Assembly: GCA_964016885.1 (NCBI GenBank)
Contig: OZ024759.1
Span: 36,270,001 to 36,334,000, forward strand
Direction: 5' to 3'
DNA: 64,000 bases
DNA from: Eledone cirrhosa
Lineage: Eukaryota
The translations under genes and the position numbers were made by a program. The number at the start of each line of letters is the position of its first letter. The stretch's first letter is position 1. Shown in pieces: positions 54,801 through 61,034 of the stretch. A model generated the notes under the pieces. It was given only the letters and a program-made list of their open reading frames with translations. It did no database searches and was not told the DNA's origin.

Positions 54801-57648
54801 TGTGAAAATATGTTTCTGAAACTCATGTAACTTTAAGTGGTTTATTTTATTCGCAAAAATTACTGAGAGAATTTTATCTTATATTTCAGGCTGACCTGTC
54901 CAAAATGACCATGACAAAACCCTACATGGGTGCATTGCGACGTACCTATTCACCAGCTTTGTGGGTACTCTATCGCCAATCAGTCAACCACAAAGCAATA
55001 CACCTTAAAATACAAAGACTGCAGGTAAATAACACTGTTTAATAAAATTTAGCTTTTTTTCTGCTGACCAAAGTTTGAGACCTGCTCTCAAGTAATTTGG
55101 GACTGCTGGTTTTAAAATGACAATACATGTTTCTATCACGTCAAGTTTTCACTTGGCCAACAACAGGGTAACAATATATCTGTGTCTCCTGTGTTGTTCA
55201 ATGTTGATAGAACAATGTCAATTGTTACCATTTATGATATTATAATACGTGTGTGTGGAGGACATGTGGTGTTGCATGGTAGTTAGACATGGACTGTGTC
55301 TGTAGAGGACATGTGGTGCTACATGGTAGTGAGACATGGGCTGTGTCTGTAGAGGACATGTGGTGCTACATGGTAGTGAGACATGGGCTGTGTCTGTAGA
55401 GGACATGTGGTGCTACATGGTAGTGAGACATGAGCTGTCTGTAGAGGACATGAGGTGCTGCATGGTAGTGAGACATGGGCTGTGTCTGTAGAGGACATGT
55501 GGTGCTACATGGTAGTGAGACATGGGATGTGTCTGTAGAGGACATGTGGTGCTACATGGTAGTGAGACATGGGCTGTGTCTGTAGAGGGCATGTGGTGCT
55601 ACATGGTAGTGAGACATGGGCTGTGTCTGTAGAGGACATGTGGTGCTACATGGTAGTGAGGCATGGACTGTGTCTGTAGAGGACATGTGGTGCTACATGG
55701 GCTGTGTCTGTAGAGGACATATGATGCTACATGGTAGTGAGACATGGGCTGTGTCTGTAGAGGACATGTGGTGCTACATGGTAGTGAGACATGGGCTGTC
55801 TGTAGAGGACATGTGGTGCTACATGGTAGTGAGACATGGACTGTGTCTATTGAGGACATGTGGTGCTACATGGTAGTGAGGCATGGGCTGTGTCTGTAGA
55901 GGACATGTGGTGCTACATGGTAGTGAGACATGGGCTGTGTCTGTAGAGGACATGTGGTGCTACATGGTAGTGAGGCATGGGCTGTGTTTGTAGAGGACAT
56001 GTGGTGCTACATGGTAGTGAGACATGGGCTGTCTGTAGAGGACATGTGGTGCTACATGGTAGTGAGACATGGACTGTGTCTATTGAGGACATGTGGTGCT
56101 ACATGGTAGTGAGGCATGGGCTGTGTCTGTAGAGGACATGTGGTGCTACATGGTAGTGAGACATGGGCTGTGTCTGTAGAGGACATGTGGTGCTACATGG
56201 TAGTGAGGCATGGGCTGTGTTTGTAGAGGACATGTGGTGCTACATGGTAGTGAGACATGGACTGTGTCTATTGAGGACATGTGGTGCTACATGGTAGTGA
56301 GGCATGGGCTGTGTCTGTAGAGGACATGAGGTGCTACATGGTAGTGAGACATGGGATGTGTCTGTAGAGGATATGTGGTGCTACATGGTAGTGAGACATG
56401 GGCTGTGTTTGTAGAGGACATGTGGTGCTGCATGGTAGTGTAATATATATACATGTACACATATATACACACAAATACACACACATATATACGCAATTAC
56501 TCGCACATAACACACAAATACATACACATATACATATATACATGCATACATACATACACACACATATATACACACAGGTTGATTTACCTATCATATATTT
56601 ATATCAATATTTCAGGTGGACAATCAATTACCAGATGCTTATTTTCCGACCATTCTATATCCAATCCCTGTTCCTACTTATATCCTCAAAAAAGTTGGTC
56701 CGAAACCGTTCCTGGAGTTTGTAGCTATGCGACAGACAGTTCCAGAAAAGAATGTTGACAGCATGAGGTAAACTGTGTTTATATTTTGTTGTTGTTATTG
56801 TATTTTAAATTATTTACTAGAAAAGGACAAATAACTGTGACATAGGTTATATAGAACCTGTCACACCTCACAAATTACTGTACCATATCTTTCACAGGGT
56901 CTCTCACACCTCACAAATTAATGCTGTTGGTGTTTCGTTTAACCCTTTAGTATTTACATTACTCTATATATACTATTGTATTTTCACAGTAAAGGCTTTA
57001 CCTCACATAATATCTCACATAACATTTACATTACTCTATATATACTATTGTATTTTCACAGTAAAGGCTTTACCTCACATAATATCTCACATAACATTTA
57101 CATTACTCTATATATACTATTATATTTTCACAGTAAAGGCTTTACCTCACATAATATCTCACATAACATTTACATTACTCTATATATACTATTGTATTTT
57201 CACAGTAAAGGCTTTACCTCACATAATATCTCACATAACATTTACATTACTCTATATATACTATTGTATTTTCACAGTAAAGGCTTTACCTCACATAATA
57301 TCTCACATAACATTTACATTACTCTATATATACTATTGTATTTTCACAGTAAAGGCTTTACCTCACATTATATTGAATCTATGAGTATGAGTGGCCAGTT
57401 ATGGCAGGTTTGAGCAGAAAGAGGTGAGAGAATTCTGGCTGGGTGGTGAGGGTGGTGTAGTGAAGATGATGATGATGAATTTGTGTGAGTTATTTGTTAA
57501 TTTCTGTTTGTATTTCCAGGAATATAAAGCTACTTATACAGGAATTCACTCTGAAACTTGACAAAGGGTTCATGTTGTCTGCACTGGATATGATTAACTG
57601 GAACTTTGATCCTGGAGAGGTAAGGCTTTATATATATACACACACACG

Positions 57649-57680
<32 letters not shown>

Positions 57681-57693
57681 CATACACACACAC

Positions 57694-57728
<35 letters not shown>

Positions 57729-58854
57729 CATACACACACACATGTATATATATATATATATACACACACACATATATATACATACACACACACACGTATA
57801 TATATATATACACACACACGTATATATACATACACACACACATGTATATATATATATATATACACACACACGTATATATACATACACACACACATGTATA
57901 TATATATATATACATACAAATATACATACACACACGTGTGTGTGTATATACACACATATACATACACACACATCCATGAGCTTGGCTGGTCTCACTTGGG
58001 GACCCAGCTGGATCAGTTGGAGATGGTTGCTTCTGGCAGGACCTGCTAGAATGAGTGTTTGAGGACTCTTCCCCCCCCCCTCCCAACCCTTTTTGGTTAC
58101 ATATTTTAATACGAGGCCTTACGGGGTCAATAAAATAAAGTAGCAGTAATACACTGGGGTAATTGACGGCCTTGTGCCAAAATGTAGAAACAATTATAAT
58201 ATGAAGTCCTGTCTCTACTTCAGAGCTCCAGCTTCCAGTCTGATATGGTCCTGTCTCAGAGATCTTTACAACAAGTGGCATGTATTTCTGTAAGTATCTT
58301 TATATAAACACACACATATATCATCATCATCATTATCATTTTATATATATGTATATAGATATAGATATAAATGTATATATCCAGGAAGCTCCAACCGTTA
58401 AGGTTGTCTTTTTTTCCAGGTATGTCAATATTTATTTATAAAACAAATCTGTATTTTATCTGATGAAAGCGCACCATAATTTGCCTTGGTTGCCCTTGAA
58501 ATATGTATAATAAAATAAATATGGTTTTATAAATATAGTTTCCATTTATTAATATATTGTGTATTTACTCCACTAACTTGTTGAGTGCTTTATATCAGTT
58601 ATAAAAAAAAATGTTTAAGCTTGTTGAATCCCACCAAATTAAATATAACCTCTGCATATATATATATATATTTATATATACATATTTATATATATACTCA
58701 TATATATATATATATATGGAGAAAAAAAATATATATATACATATTTATGTATATACTCATATCATCATCACCGTTTTACGTCCGTTCTTCCACGCTAGCA
58801 TGGGTTATATATATATATATATCTGTTGTGGTAATGTTAAATAATGATTTTGAA

Positions 58855-58885
<31 letters not shown>

Positions 58886-61003
58886 TTTTTCTCCAGAGAA
58901 CTGACCAGAATTCTAAAATATTTTTTGAGTACCTACATTTATCTCCCTTGAAGGTATGTCCTACCATTTCAATAAATATTCTAAACTTACACAACCATTA
59001 GCTAACTAGCTCTTTTAACCTCCTCAGTGCTGTAGACGAGATAACTCGTACTAACATGTTTGAACTCCTTTCCAACAGTTTATAACCTCAATTGCTGGCC
59101 TTGTGCCTAAAATAGAAATTATTATTATTGTTAAAGGGGGGTGAATTGGCTGTATTGGTAGAGGGTCAGACAACATTCTTTGGAACTTAGGGTTACAGCC
59201 CTTTACTTTTTGAGTTCAAATCCTGCCAAGGTTAGCTTTACCTTTCAGGGTTGATAAAATAAAGCACCAGTAATGTACATAGGGTCGATTTTATTGACTT
59301 TCTTCCCCCACAAAATTGTTAGCCTTCTGCCTAAATCAAAAAACATTATTATTATTATTATTATTTTCTTTCTTCTTGTTTTCTCTTTAGTTTCATGTCA
59401 GCTTCTCGTTGAATGGAGTTGCTCATGTGACACGTGAAGTGCCTTCTACACTCACCTCTGATGTCGTAGACTTTTTCCTCAGTTCTGTTGGTGTTACATT
59501 TACAGAAGTCAAAGATATAGAACTCCGGTAATGTTACCTTCTTTTTCTTTTCCCTATATATTTATATATTCATCTGTCTGTTGCTCTGGTCTTGGCTCCG
59601 TTGTCCACCCCTTCCTTCCTTTACATTTTCTTTAATATTGCAACATTAAAAGAATATATCTTTCTGAAAGAATCACGAGCAATTTATAATGTTGTCTAAG
59701 CATTTGTAGTTATTTATGTATATATTTAAAACATATTTGTTACGTTATTCTACTGTAAATTTATTTATATGCTTTGTAAAATAAAAATTAATTTATCAGT
59801 TTGAATTTCCATCATTTTGTCATTACCACAGTAATGTCCCTTTTTTTTCACTATATTTTATATACAATGTTTGGAGAACTGCAAGACTGTTCAGTTTATT
59901 ATTTTACATCATGTTATTAAAATAAGTTGGATTACTTTGAATAAATCATGACTGAATTTTATGTAATTTATCTACTAAATTTCTTAGATCTTGATTAAAC
60001 ATGAATAATCTTATATATAATGTATTGCTTATTTCAAGAATCACTTCTGTTAAAACTTTCAAATGTCAATTTCCGACTTAGAATAGAATTATTTGTTGAT
60101 ATCTTTATAATTTTCTTCTTTTTATTTTTATTTATCTTCATTTATTTTATTTTATTTTATTTTTTGTTATTTAACTCTTCCATTTCAGGATGGCGTATTT
60201 TGACTGCAAGGGTGTTATGTTAACAGTAGGCCAACTTTTCTCACAGATCCAGACACATTATTTCTACCAAGCTATTCAGCAAGCTTACGTCCTCGTCTTG
60301 GGTCTTGATGTTCTTGGAAATCCATATGGATTAATCCGAGATTTTACCCAGGGATTAGGTGATCTCTTCTATGAACCATTCTTGGTAATTCCTTTTTTTT
60401 ATTTAATTTCCTTTTTGTGTTTGTTTTGCTCAATCATGTTTTTGAAAGAGATATTGTTATACTCTGGGAGGGGATTACAGCCAATATCAGCCTGTAACTC
60501 ACCATATACACACTTCAAAAAGACAATCGTCTTTGACACAATTGAAGGGTCTTCCCATCCCTTTGTTTGGCAAGCCTGCCATGGCTGGCTGCGCTTCCCA
60601 TAACCAACCACCTTACAAAGGGACAGTGGCTAGGAATGTGTGGAAGGGAGGACATGAGGTATATGTCGTCTGTCATTACCTACTTCTTGTAATTAATAAA
60701 ATAATGTTTAATTAACTTTCAGGGCTCAATTCAGGGAACAGATGAATTCACTGAAGGTCTGGTGAGAGGAGTTCAAAGTCTCCTAGGACATACTGTAGGT
60801 AAGGGCTTTCTGTCTTTGGGTCTTACTGTAAGTAAGGGGTTGTTGTCTTTGAGGTTCTTTTATAAAATTATATATACGGTATATAAATATATATAATTAG
60901 TTATATATATGGAGTGTGTGTGTATATATATATATATATAATTTTAGTTATATATATGGTGTGTGTGTATATATATATATATATATAATTAGTTATATAT
61001 ATG

Positions 61004-61034
<31 letters not shown>

